A stretch of 64,000 nucleotides of DNA, taken from Chiloscyllium plagiosum. Its lineage: Eukaryota. The position numbers were made by a program, and so were the translations under genes. This document shows, piece after piece, positions 24,890-37,793 of this stretch. The notes under the pieces were generated by a model, which was not told the origin of the DNA, made no database searches, and was given only the letters and a program-made list of their open reading frames with translations. The stretch's first letter is position 1. Every line of letters begins with the position of its first letter. The stretch lies in assembly GCF_004010195.1 (NCBI RefSeq), contig NC_057728.1:47287305-47351304 (forward strand), written 5' to 3'.

Positions 24890-26425
24890 CTCTCAGGGAG
24901 AGTATTTAATAGAGCCAAGCTGCTCCAGTACAGCTACAACACTGGCATATACCTGACAATGTGGAAAATTGCCCAAGTATATCTTGTCCATAAAAAGCAG
25001 GACAGACATGCAGGCTTACACTTGAAATGTTGATTCTCCTGCTCCTCGGATGCTGCCTGACCTGCGGTGCTTTTCCAGTGCAACATTTTCGACTCTGATC
25101 TCCAGCGTCTGCAATCCTCACTTTCTCCCAGATATAACCCAGTCAATTACTGTCTCATTGGTTTACTCTTGATCAATAGTAAAGTGATGGAAAATGCCAT
25201 CAACAATGCTATCAAGCAGCACTTGCTTGGCAATAACCAGCTCACTGAAGCTCAATTTAGGTTCTGCCAGGGCCACACAGCTCCTGACATCATTATAGCC
25301 TTCATGCAAACATGGACAACAAAAGTGAACTCCAGACACGAGGTGAGAGTGACAGCCCTTAACATCACGACAACATTTGACCAAGTTTGATATCACAGAG
25401 CCCTAGCTAAATTGAAATCAATTGATATCAAGGGGAAAATAACTACTGTTTAGGGTCATACCCAGCATAAAATAAGATGGTTGTCATTGTTGGAGGCCAA
25501 TCACCTCAGTCTCAGGGCATTATTGCAGAATCCCTTATGATAGTCCCTCAGAAAACTTTAGCTATTTCAGCAACAACCTTCCTAACAATGTAAAGTCATA
25601 AGTGTGACCGTCCTCTGATGATTGCACAGAATTCAGAACCACTTGTGATTCTTCTGATACTGACGATGTCAATGTCCACATACAGCAAGACCTGTACAAT
25701 ATTCAGGCTGGGGCTGATAACAGGCAAGGCACATGCTCACCAGACAAATGCCAAGCAGTGAGCCACCTTAAGTAATCAAACATTGACATTCAATGTTGAT
25801 TTCCTCCCTGATAAATATCCGGCGGATTATCATTGACCAGAAACTGAACTGGGCCAGTACTAAACAAGAGCAGGTGAGAGGCTAGGAATTCTGCGGCAAG
25901 TGATTTGGTTCCTGATTCCCCAAGACTTATCCACCATCTACAAGGCACCAGTCAGAATCCGCTTGTCTAAATGAATGCAACTCTAACAACACTCAAAAAG
26001 CTCAACACCAACCAGGGCAAGCAGTCCACCTGATCAGTTCCAAACCTACATTCACTCCGTCCAACACCAACACAACATAGTGACACCAGTGTTTTTAATT
26101 AAAAGATACACTGCAGCAACTCACAATATATCCTTCAAAAGCACCTTCCAAACCCACTACCTAGAAGGACAAGAGCAGCAGATGCAAGGCAACCAACTTT
26201 GACTAGTTCCTCTCCAACCATCCTGTCATGGACCTATTGCCAATCCTTCACTGTCACTGGATCAAAATCCTGAATCTCTCCTTCCGAACAGTACTGTGCA
26301 TGCACATATACCACATAGACTGCAGCAGCTCAAGTAGGTAATTCACCACCACCTTCTCAACAACAATTAGCGATGGGTAACAAATGCTGGACTAGCCAGC
26401 AAAACCCCTATCTGATGAAAGAATG
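24890..26425 (+). mobile_element. Degenerate LINE RT and 3' end (CR1/L2 group), with a nested family-A PLE terminus at about 25025-25129
   Basis: LLQYSYNTGIYLTMWKIAQVYLVHKK, NYCLIGLLLINSKVME, QFRFCQGH, VTALNITTTFDQV. Confidence 0.8.
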
Positions 26426-28989
26426 AAGCAAATGGCCTGGTAATGTGGCATTCTAGTCTCCCCACCAGTGGAGTCTATGTAGTATAAATACATGACCAGC
26501 ACCCGCTAAGATACCTTGGTCAAAATCAGTGTAATGATCTTTCAAAGTGTTTTTGTTGAGAAAATTAAGGCAGCCAGTGAACATTCCAATAAACAGGAAT
26601 TAACAGATTAAAATTGAATTAAAATATGCATTTGGAATTTGTAGATCTTGTTGGTTTCTGATTATGATGGAGTCTGCAAGTTATTCAATGGGTGAATATA
26701 ATATGCTGAGCCCTAAGCATGTTTATCCAGATGAACATTGTCTAAGCAGCAAGAATAGCAAATTCAGCAAATAATATCCTTGAATTGATCTACCAAGTTC
26801 AATAACAAAAATCAATTACTGTTGTGTTAAATATCATGAAATTATCAAATGCGTTCTCAAGCTTTCTCAGCACTTTTGGTGTAAGGTACAGAAGAAAAAT
26901 AAGTAGAAAATAGTTGAATTTTTATTTATCAGAAAAATCATAAACCACCTAATGTCACGTCAATATTTTTTTTTAAATGAGACAAAAAGTGAGGTAAGGG
27001 AGAAGAAAAGACAAGGAGAGATAATTTACAAGCACTGTGATGGATGATACGTCAAAGAGTTTTTATTTTACTGTAAATTGGAACTGACTATTTTCAAGGG
27101 AAGGCATTATTCTTTAGGAGTTTATTAAAATATGTGTGCACTTATTAAGGCTAATACATCTGGAAATCCAAATATAGCCCCACTTGTCAGCACACAACAT
27201 TAACAAGCAAATGGTACCTCAGTACTCTTAGCAGGATGTCAGTGCATTTATAATGCTTTTTATTATCCAACATCTGAGAGCAAGATTGACAAATGAATGC
27301 CACTTAGTGCAAAAAGCCAGTGAATTTTACACCCTGGGTGCACAGTTGAGAGGCACCAAAAAGACTTGGCCTCTACATAAAATAAAATAACCTTCAGTGA
27401 TAGGAAGAAGCATCATTTTTGGATTCAGAAACTAGTGGATGAGACAGGCCAGTACCTCACAAGAGAATGCTATTGTTCTGATTGGACAAGGGAGCAGCCA
27501 ATATTCCAGGTCTCTTCTACAGCTGCTTGCTATCGACCTGGTTCTCAACATGTATTCTGGCACAAGCTGAGAGTTCGGGGTTCTTGTCAGATGTGTTAAT
27601 TTTTTTAACCAATTCTAAGTGGGACTATAAAGTAGGATGCATGAAGCAAAGTGGTTCACTGCACCAGAGAAAGATCGAACAGCTCAACCTACAGACAGAA
27701 TAATGTCTAATGTGGGCATAAAGGCATAGCAACTGCTAGCTGAGTTTTCAAATGATTACCCTCCACTCTCTATGAATATAGTGTGGTAACAACTCAGAGG
27801 ACAATCAAGAGAAATTGAACTGGAGAGAGAACATGCTGGAAACACTCTGCAAGTCAGGCAGCATGTGTGGATAGAAACAGTATTGATGTTTCAGACTGGC
27901 ATCTTTTCAGGAGTATTATTGAAGGTCATTGCGCTGAAATATCAATGATGCTTTTCTATTCACTAGAGGACTCGATATGCTAAGTATAGAGTCAAAGCCC
28001 AGTTAATGTATCAGTATAACTTTAGTGGATATGCTCATTTCATAACTGTATCATAACATGACGATCTAAGATGTAAGGGTCTCAAACACCATCTTAAGGT
28101 GGCTCATTTGAAACATGACACGCTGATGAAAACATGCTACTCTTTGTAACAAGTAACTTGATATTAGCTCAGACACGGAAATGCCTATGAGTGCAATATT
28201 TATTTTTATTAGTAAGCCGTACTAAACATTGTTTGGATCTTTCAATTCCATGCGGCCATGTTCAATTTCTTATGTTACGAAGGATAACATAAACAGTGCC
28301 ACATCAGGTAAAGATATGCTACTGCAGGCAAATACACATTAAATACTTCCAGCATTTTCTGTTTGGACTTCACATTTATAGCCTTTGCATTCTTTTGCGG
28401 GTGAGAGAAACTCTCTTTGTTGTATTAAGGAAGTCAGGAAAATTATAGACAGCAGTTCAGCTGTTTTACAAGTAGAAAATTGGTGTAAATGATACTAATT
28501 TCACATACTAACATATGAGAGCAATCAACCCAGTGTTGGATTGTCCTATTTGTCAAGTTTTCTACACAGTTCAAGCCCATACATATCCTAAGAAGGGCCT
28601 AACTCTGGCTTTAGAATCTTACAGGAAATTAGCTGTCCTTAAGCTGTTCCACTCAGCTTTCCTACACATGCCATGTGACTGCCACCAAATCTGTGACTCT
28701 TTTTTTAAAAAAGTTGAGTGTGGAGTTAGCAGGAACAGGAAAGTTGCATCACGAACCACAGCATTTCCAAGGGTCACTGTTACCCTGGCTCCCTTCCTGA
28801 ACTCATTTTTAACCCTGCTACCAACACAACAAACCACCCAACAAGCGTCTTATAAAATGGTGACCCCACAATAGATGACTGAAGCTCACCCAAATAATGT
28901 TAGTATCAGCCCCAAGGATCAACTGTTGGTCAGACTCACCCATCTTGCGATCTGTGCACAGCACCCATTTCAGACACAGTATGATGTCC

Positions 28990-29690
28990 AGTTATAGAGT
29001 TATAGAAATGTACAGCACGAAAATCGACCTTTGGTCCAACTTGTCCACACTAATCAGATATCCTAAATTAATCTAGTCCCATTTGCTAGCAGTTGGCTCA
29101 TATCCCTTGAAACCCTTCCTATTCATGTACCCATCCACATGCCTTTTAAATGTTGTAATTGCACCAGCCTTCACCACCTCCTCTGGCAATGTATTGTGTG
29201 CAACCACCCTCTGTATGAAAAGGTCGCCCTCCAGGTCCCTTTTAAAACTTCCCCCTTTCACCTTAGACCTATGCCCTCTAGTTTTGGATTCCCCTGCTCT
29301 GAGGAAAAGACCTTGGATATTCATCCTATCCATCCCCCTCATGGTTTTATAAATGTATTTAAGGTTACCACTCAGCCTATCCAGCCTCTCCCTATAACTC
29401 AAACCCTCCAACCCTGGCAACAAATTTGTAGATCTTTTCTGAACCCTTTCAAGTTTCACGTCATCTTTTCTATAGCAGGGATTCCAAAAGTGCCCTAAAC
29501 AATGTCCTGTCTAGCTACAACATGACCACCAACTCCGATACTCAATGCACTGACCAATAAAGGCAAGCATACCAAATGCCTTCTTCACCACCTTGTTTAC
29601 CTGCAACTTCACTCTCAAGGAACTATGAACCTGCATCCCAAAGTTTCTTTGCTCGACAACATTCCCCAGGACCTTACCATTAGCCTGGAG
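28990..29690 (-). mobile_element. CR1 LINE 3' fragment
   Basis: KKAFGMLAFIGQCIEYRSW, ERVQKR, GESKTRGH. Confidence 0.9.
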
Positions 29691-30152
29691 TATGGGTCCT
29701 ATTGTAAGAACCAGCACAGTGATATGACAACTGAGCATCTCATACATGAGAAGTAATTGATCGAATGATTTAGCCATATGAATTTATAGATTTGGCAAAG
29801 AAGGTGAAGTTTCCTTGGCTGATGGGTAAGGGCTTTCAATAAAAAGTACAAAAGATGTACTGAACAGCCTTTATTATTTTCCTCTCTAATTCAACTTGAG
29901 TTGATTTTCTGAGGTCTCTGAAATTAAGAATCAGAGGTTTTGATAAAAGTGCACCAACATAATTAATAAAAGCCTTTTCACCTCAGTGCAGAGTCTGTGA
30001 TGGACATGATGAATATGATTCCTTTGATGTTGCTGCTTTAAAAGAAGAGGTAAAGGAGTAATGTTGTATGGAAGCACTTGTAACAGCTGGGCAATGGCAC
30101 ACAGGCACTTGTAACAGCTGGGCAATGGCACACAGGCACAGGAGAAGGATGG

Positions 30153-30472
30153 TTAGATTAGATTAGATGGAATCAGACCCTTCGGCCCAACAAGTCCACA
30201 CCAACCCTCCGAAAAGTAACCCACCCAGGCCCATTTACCTACCCTATATTTACCCCTGACTAATGCATCTAACACTATGGACAATTTATCATGGCCAATT
30301 CACCTGACCTGCACATCTTTGGACTGTGGGAGGAAACCAGAGCACCCGGAGGAAACCCACATAGACCAGGGAGAATGTGCAAACGCCACACAGACAGTCG
30401 CCCAAGGCAGGAATCAAACCCGGGTCCCTGGCGCTGTGAGGCAGTGCTAACCACTGAGCCACTGTGCTGCCC
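30153..30472 (-). mobile_element. HE1-like tRNA-derived V-SINE
   Basis: Head ggcagcacagtggctcagtggttagcactg..gggtttgattcc, core gggtttcctccgggtgctctggtttcctcccacagtccaaagatgtgc, (ctaat)n tail. Confidence 0.85.
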
Positions 30473-30751
30473 CTTGGTTAATGAGAGGCAGTAACTCAGC
30501 ATTTTACAGCCATTGATCAGTAAAATTAACTCCCTTGCGATTTATACTTTGACTCTGATAATGGTTTCTATGAAGGAATTTTCCAGACGCGAGGTGCAAA
30601 TTGTCTGCTTGAACTTCAGCATCCTCATTCTTGAAACATTCTTGAGCTGGACAATTTGCAGCAAAGGTAATGGGTTTAAAATGAACAGAATAGCAGCCAC
30701 AGCAGTATTTAGAAATACAGTGTTAGGTGTTTTATTTTAAAGAATAACCAA

Positions 30752-31950
30752 TGTGCTATTATGGTAATATCACTAGGCTAGTCATCCAGAACCCCAAGCT
30801 AATGTCTAGAGGCATGGGTTTTGAAATCCACCAGAGCAGATGGTGAAATTTGAATTTAATAAAATCTGGAATTCAAACCAGTTAATGACAACCATGTAAT
30901 CATTGTTCATTGTCATAAAAATCCACCTAGTTTCCCCCTACGTCGATCCTTACTTGGTCTGGCCTACCTGTGACTCCAGGCTCACAGCAATGTGGATTAC
31001 ACTCAATTGGCCCCTAAAATGGTGCAGCAAGCCACTGTTTGAAAACCACTGCATAGTCTAAAGAAAGGAATGAAGCTAAACAAACCACCTGCCTTTGAGC
31101 TAGGCACCAGAAATAACAATGGCAGACCCAACCCTGTCAAGTCATCCTTACAACCATCTGGAGGGCTATTGCCAGAAGTGGAGAGTTGTACCAAGGACTA
31201 ATAAACTAAGAGCTCAACATCAACATAGTCCTGGAATCATATCTTAAATACAACATCTCCACCCCATCACTAGCCGGTCCCTTCAGCAGGACAGGCCCAA
31301 CAGTGGTGGTGGTACAGTGGTATAGTCAGGAGGGAGCTGCCCCAGTGTCTCTGGACTCCAAGAACTCTCATCTTACCAAATCAAACACCACAATGAAACT
31401 TGTCCTGCTGATCCCCACTTCCCCTACATCCCACCGACATCACTTCTCCACAATATTGAAAACTACTTGGAGGAAGCACTGAGGAAAAGTAGGCTAGTTG
31501 GGCAACTTCAATGTCCATCACTAAGATTGGCTCAGGAGAACCACTACTGACTAAGCTGACCAAGTCCTAAAGAGCACTCCTGCTAGAATGGACTTGCAAC
31601 AGGTGGGAGGGGGGAGGCAACAAGAGAGAATAACTTACTTGATGTCATCTTCATTAATTTATCTATTACAGATGCAACTGTCCATGACTGTATCAAAAGG
31701 AGTAACCACTGCACAGTCCTGTGGAGACAAAGTCCTAACTTCATCTTGAATGACAGTATTAAATGGGAACAGATCTAGTAAATCAAAGCTGTACACAGTC
31801 ATGTCATTCAGAGCCATCAGCAGCACAGAAATGTATTCAATCACAATCTGAAACCTCATTACCTAATGTAACCTCATTTGACAATTTCTGTCAGATGATT
31901 TTGCTGGTTCAATGAAAAGTGCAGGATGGCACACCAGGAGCAGCACTTGT
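30752..31950 (+). mobile_element. LINE 5' portion: tRNA-like head followed by a decayed APE endonuclease
   Basis: A/B-box-like head, then remnants of GDFNVHH (ggcaacttcaatgtccatcac), NxLDLI (aacttacttgatgtcatc) and SDH (agtaaccactgc). Confidence 0.6.
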
Positions 31951-32134
31951 TGTCTGACAGGTGGACTTGACAACGGGAAGGAGAACCTATCCTCTGAATG
32001 ACTGGAGGCTCTCAGTGAGCAGGACTACCACCTGGAGTCTGAGGTCCTAGAAAAGGCTTGTGCTGTCCAATTTAATGCTTTAATTTGCAGGGAGCTGGGA
32101 AGTCTATCCATGCACCTTCCCATCAGGTCACTAC

Positions 32135-32878
32135 TGAGATCATATAGAGTCATAGGGATGTACAGCATGAAAACAGATGCTTCAGTCCAACTCATCCATG
32201 ATGACCAGAAATCCCAACCCAATCTAGTCCCACCTGCCAGCACTTGCCCCAATCTCTCTAAACCCTTCCTATTCATATACCCATCCAGATGCTTTTGAAA
32301 TGTTGCAATTGTACCAGCCTCCACCACTTCCTCTGGCAGCTCATTCCATACATATACCACCGTCTGCGTCAAAAAGTTGCCCCTGAGGTCTCTTTTATAT
32401 CTTTCCCCTCTCACCCTAAAGTTATATCCTCTAGTTCTGGACTCCCCCACCCCAGGGAAAATATTTTGTCTATTTATCCTATCCATGCCCCTCATGATGT
32501 TATAAACCTCTATAAGGTCACCCCTCAGCCTCCAATGCTTCAGGGAAAACAGCCCTGCCTATTCAACCTCTTCCCTATAGCTCAAATCCTCCAACACTGG
32601 CAACATCCTTGTAAATCTTTTCTGAACCCTTTCAGGTTTCACAAAATCTTTCCAATAGGAAGGAGACCAAAATTGCAAGTAATATTCCAAAGCTGGTCTA
32701 ACCAATGTCCTGTACAGCTGCAACATGACCTCCCAACTCCTGTACTCAATATTCTGACCAATAAAGGAAAGCATACCAAACACCTTCTTCACTATCCTAT
32801 CTGCCTATGACTCCATTTTCAAGAAGCTATGAATCTGCACTCCAAGGTCTCTTTGTTCAGCAACACTCCCTAGGACAT
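32135..32878 (-). mobile_element. CR1 LINE 3' fragment
   Basis: LYRTLVRPALEYYLQFWSP and GESRTRGYNFRVRG. Confidence 0.9.
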
Positions 32879-32879
32879 C

Positions 32880-33385
32880 TGGTACTCTGTGAACAATACT
32901 GGTCAGCTTATTTAAGGAACAATGCAAATGCATTGATTGCAGTTCGGAGAAGGTTTATCAAACTAATATCTGGAAATAGTTAAGTTGTCTTATGAAGAAA
33001 GGTCAGACAGACTAGGCTTACAACCTGTTAGAGTTTAGAAGTGTAATAAATGACTTGACTGAAACATATAAATGTCCTCTGGGCTTTCCTGTGGAAAGGA
33101 TATTTCCTCTTCTCTACAACTAGTGGTCACTACTCAAAAGTAAATCAGAGATGAGGCGATTTTCTTTCTCTCAGAGGGTCATGAGTCATTGGAACTCTCT
33201 TCCTAAAAAGGGCAGTGGAAGTAGAGTCTAATAGTTTTTGGGCAGAAGTAGACAGAATCTTGGTAAGCAAGGAGATCAAGGTTACTGGGATAATCAGGAA
33301 TGTGGATTTGAGGTTACTATCAGATCAGCCATGTGGAGGAGATCTGAAGGGCTGAATGGCCTACTCCTGCTCTGTGTTTGTCTCT
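32880..33385 (+). mobile_element. Older CR1 LINE 3' fragment
   Basis: Degenerate RT C-terminus and gggctgaatggcctactcctgct 3' UTR. Confidence 0.7.
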
Positions 33386-34804
33386 TTGTATATTAGATGC
33401 ACCTCTCCCCCACCCCGACATCAAACAAGTACTGTCAGTTCCGTGAAGTTCTCTTAAAGAAGTTAAAGTATCAACTGAGACATGAGTTGGAAAGGAAAGG
33501 ACAGTCCATTGACAGTACATTGTGTGATCACATTGTTATATCATCACGCTGATCTGCAGCTACCTATTTAATTTCTGGAGGAAAAGAAGATGACATGTTA
33601 GAGCTAATTCTGTCGGTGACCCAGCAGCAAATATAGTTCCTATTGTAAGATGTCTTGTACTTTAACAGCAAGTTGTTCTTGGTTGTTCGCACATTTGCCT
33701 TATCAAGGACTGAGGTGATCTCTTTGTGACCTCTTTCATATTGAGCAAAAAGCTTAAGTCAAACTGAAACCCACTAACTCCTTATGGAACTATCATTTAA
33801 CACACTGTAGGGAATCTAATCTAATCTTTAGTCAACTCTGAGTGTTATACATTCTTTGGTGAATTAATACATACTGTGTTAATCTATAATAATGCAACTT
33901 GTTATCTGCCCATGCAAATTGATATATTTCCCTCAAATCAATAGTGTGAGGAAAAACACTTTGGATGAGGCTACAATGGATAGCTTAGTTTAAAAGACAC
34001 CTTAATTTAGTGAACAGTCATGCTTATATTTCTCATAGCTCTGGAGCTGTAGAATATTTTTAATTATTAATGAATTAATAAAAATGCAATCAAGAGAGAC
34101 TGTGTTAACACCATGTGCTCTCGGGTTCATCAATTTGCTTTGAAAGTACGGTTTTCCCGAGAGGGTAATTCAACCTACAGCAGGAATACTATTTAAAATG
34201 TAAACAAGCCAGCATAAAATATCCCACGGAGCCCACAGATTACACCGCAGCTTGGAACCAGGTCTCCTGAACTCACAAGAGCATGAAGCACTCAAGAGTA
34301 TCATTAATCTGCACCATGAGAATAATAATCAACACTGCTTTGTGGGATTGCCAAATCATAATGCAGGGAATAAAATAAAAACAAGTGCAGTAATGTACGA
34401 GCCCCTCGAGTTACTGAGACAATACAGATTCACAGTTAAAAGAGATGATCAAAGTGCAATGCACTGTCATCAGTAATGAAACAGAGCTATTTCTAAGCAA
34501 CGTTTATTTTATTCATAGAACAATGAAGGCGTATTTGAGAATAAATTATTATCTGTTTACTGATCTCCTATGATGTTGCACCTGGTAAATCTGGGAGTAT
34601 GATCACTCTCTTAAAAGTCTCTGATGGCTTTGTGTTGCCATTTGTTTCACCTTTCCACTTTCCTATCTATCATTCCATTCTCTTGGGCTGCTCTCCCCAC
34701 ATATATTCTCCCTTGTCTCATTTTTGGGGATTTGGTATAACATGATAAAGCAGAGAAAAGAGCCACCAGCGCAGTAGGCTGCCTTTGGGATAAACCTATG
34801 CTCC

Positions 34805-36549
34805 AAATTCGGGAACTCCGACCACAATGCTGTGTTTCTACTCCCAGCTTACAGGCAAAAGCTCAAGCAGGAGACCCCCTCGTGGATACAGGTCCAGTGC
34901 TGGTCGGAGGAGGCAGAGGATCTACTCCAGTACTGTCTGGAATCGGCTGATTGGGCCATGTTCAAACAGTCTGCAGGTACCTTGGACGAGTACACCACCA
35001 CCGTCACAGACTTTATCAGCAAGTGTGTGGAGGAGTGCATACCGAGGAAGTCAATCTGGGTGTTCCCCAACAGGAAACTGTGGATGAATCAGGACATACA
35101 GAACCTTCTAAAAACCAGGCGTGAGGCCTTCAGATCAGGAGACCCACTCAAATGTAAGGAATCCAAGTATGATCTTCACAGAGCCATTAAGACAGCCAAG
35201 GACCAATACCGATCCAAACTAGAGACCCAGACAGACAGACAGCCAGCAACGATGGCAAGGACGGAATGACAAGACAGGTTCTAAAAAGAGACAGTGCAAG
35301 ATAGCAGGTGATGACACATTCCTCCCAGATTGTCTCAATGCCTTCTACACTTGCTTTGAGCAGAATTTCGGCGGAGAGGTAACACTCAATACGAGAGCCC
35401 CCCAAGGGTGCATACTCAGCCCCTACTGTGCTCACTGTATACACATGACTGCGTCGCCAAATACCAGACTAATGCCATTTACAAGTTCGCTGATGACACC
35501 ACTATATTCTGGATTAGTGGTGCTGGAAGAGCACAGCAGTTCAGGCAGCAACCAAGGAGCTTCGAAATCAACGTTTCGGGCAAAAACCTATGAAGGGCTT
35601 TCGCCCGACACGTCGATTTCGAAGCTCCTTGGATGCTGCCTGAACTGCTGTGCTCTTCCAGCACCACTAATCCAGAATCTGGTTTCCAGCATCGGCAGTC
35701 ATTGTTTTTACCACCTTGATGACACCACTCTTGTCTGTCGAATATCAGATGGCAATGAAACAGACTACAGAGGGGAGGTGAAAGACCTGGAAGAATGGCG
35801 CACTGAGAACAACCTAGCTCTCAACGTAGGCAAAACCAAGGAACTCATTATTGACTTTTGGCAGGATGTTACTCATGTCCCCCTACACATTAACAGCACA
35901 GAGGTGGAACGAGTGGAGAATGTCAAGCTCCTGGGAGTGGTCATCCACAGCAAGCTTTCTTGGACTCTTCATGTGGACGCACTTGTTACAAAGGCCCAAC
36001 AATGCCTCTTCTTCCTCAGGCAGCTGAGGAAATTTGATATGACAGCAAATACCCTTGCCAACTTTAATAGGTGTGTCATCGAGAGCATTCTGTCTGGATG
36101 TATCACTCCCTGGTATGGCAACTGTACCATTCAAGATCGGAGACGGTTACAGAGAGCGGTGAACTCAGCCTGGACAATGACAAAGGCCAACTTCCCAGCT
36201 ACAGAATCCATCTACCAGACCCGCTGTCAAGGAAAGGCCGCCAGCATTCTCAAAGATCTATCCCACCCTGGCAATGTTTTTCTACAACCTCTACCATTGG
36301 GGAGAAGGTACAGAAGCCTGAACACACACACCAGCCGGTTTCGAAATAGTTTCTACCCTCCTGTTGTTAAAATACTGAATGGATTCACAAACTCTTAACA
36401 TTCGTCTGTACCTGTGTTTTTGTTTTTGCCGCTGCTTACCTATTATTTATTTATCTACGCTGCTTAACTCTGTGATCTGCCTGTATTGTTCGCAAGACAA
36501 AGCTTTTCACTGTGTCTCGGTACACGTGACAATAAATTCAATTCAATTC
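34805..36549 (+). mobile_element. Rex1/Babar LINE, 5'-truncated and internally deleted near 35385
   Basis: SDHNAVFLLPAYRQKLK, FPNRKLWMN, PQGCILSPLL.SLYTHDC..KFADDTT, KAQQCLFFLRQLRKF, IESILSGCITPWYGNC, and an (aattc)n tail. Confidence 0.88.
35504..35716. mobile_element. PLE fold-back element, family A variant, nested in Rex1
   Basis: Arms span 35506-35678, tail 35679-35716. 13-bp TSD tgatgacaccact at 35491-35503 and 35717-35729. Confidence 0.88.
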
Positions 36550-37056
36550 GAATGCGGTTGCTGTTAACCTCACCCCTCTCTCCCTTCATGTCCTTTTCAC
36601 TTTCCCAACATCTCTCTCCTAAATTCCCCTCACCAACCATTATTCACCTATTCCCCCAACCCCCCACCCCTAACATTGTCCCACTCTACCGACTGTACTA
36701 AAGCCTGGCTCAACAGTAATGCCTCAAGTGACAGAGTGTAATATAAGCCCGAGCTTTTGGGAGAGGCAAAGATCTTTAAGCAAAGATCTGAAGACATCAA
36801 AATACAAAAGACTGTTTAAGGAGTGAATATTATGAGTGAACTTGATCATGTATTGCTGAATGTCTAAGTTTTAAATTTCTTATAAGATTTTGTTTAAACA
36901 CTTACTATGAATATTAGAAATTTCATTTTTTAAGCACACTTTCAATGAGCTTGAAAACAACATTCTATTAACATTTTCAGAAGCTTGTTGAAGCCAAACA
37001 AGCAGATCGAACAAAAATCTGAATCTCATTACAAATTGAGAGAAGAATTAAGAACT

Positions 37057-37182
37057 AGGCGAAAGTGAGGACTGCAGATGCTAGAGATTAGAGTCGAGAG
37101 TGTGATGCTGGAAACGCACAGCAGGTCAGGCTGCATCTGATGAGCAGGAGAATCAATGTTTTATGTAAAAGCCCTTCATCAG
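37057..37182 (-). mobile_element. Family A PLE terminus, single arm
   Basis: 15-bp TSD gaagaattaagaact at 37042-37056 and 37183-37197. Truncated right at the ctgatga hammerhead box. Confidence 0.85.
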
Positions 37183-37619
37183 GAAGAATTAAGAACTCTT
37201 CACTTTTCATTTAATTTTTACAAGTTTAATCTGAATTTCTTTTTAAGCTTAAGGATTTGTCACAGAGTTAAACATGAGTTAAAGGGACAGACATTTTGCT
37301 GCACCTGTTACCTCAAATTGATTCACATAATTTGCCTGCTAAAACAGGTCGATTGAAAATATTAAAAGCGTCTGCATCTCTGAATTCATCAAACAAAAAT
37401 AGCAAAAAGTACATCCTCAGACCCAAACTTTACTACCTGCTCCAATATAATCATGAAAATATTACTTCAATTGGTTTGACTGTGTCTTCATTTTCAACAT
37501 ATCCCCCTTGCTTTGTTAGCACCATATTATTTTAATATTGCTACATAATAAATAGGAAAGTGAGAAATCTGAGCAAGAAAATCTCTACTGACACACTTGT
37601 TGTTCCATCCCAGCCACAG

Positions 37620-37793
37620 TCAGAAGTCACACGACACCAAGTTATAGTCCAAATTTATTTGAAATCACAAGCTTTCAGAGCGCTGCTCCTCTGTCAGGTG
37701 AAATCACTAAACCTGTTTAACTATAACCTGACATCATGTGACTTCTGACTTTGTCCACTCCAGTCCAAAATCAGCTCTTGCACATCATGGATA
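37620..37793. mobile_element. PLE fold-back element, family B, diverged
   Basis: Inverted arms plus tail. 10-bp TSD ccagccacag at 37610-37619 and 37794-37803. Confidence 0.75.

Noticed and set aside
30400..30472. tRNA gene
   Set aside because: The A/B boxes belong to an HE1 SINE head, and no full cloverleaf is evident.
35445..36398. 317-aa ORF as a host gene
   Set aside because: It is a chimera of a PLE hairpin and Rex1 RT, and upstream RT domains are deleted.
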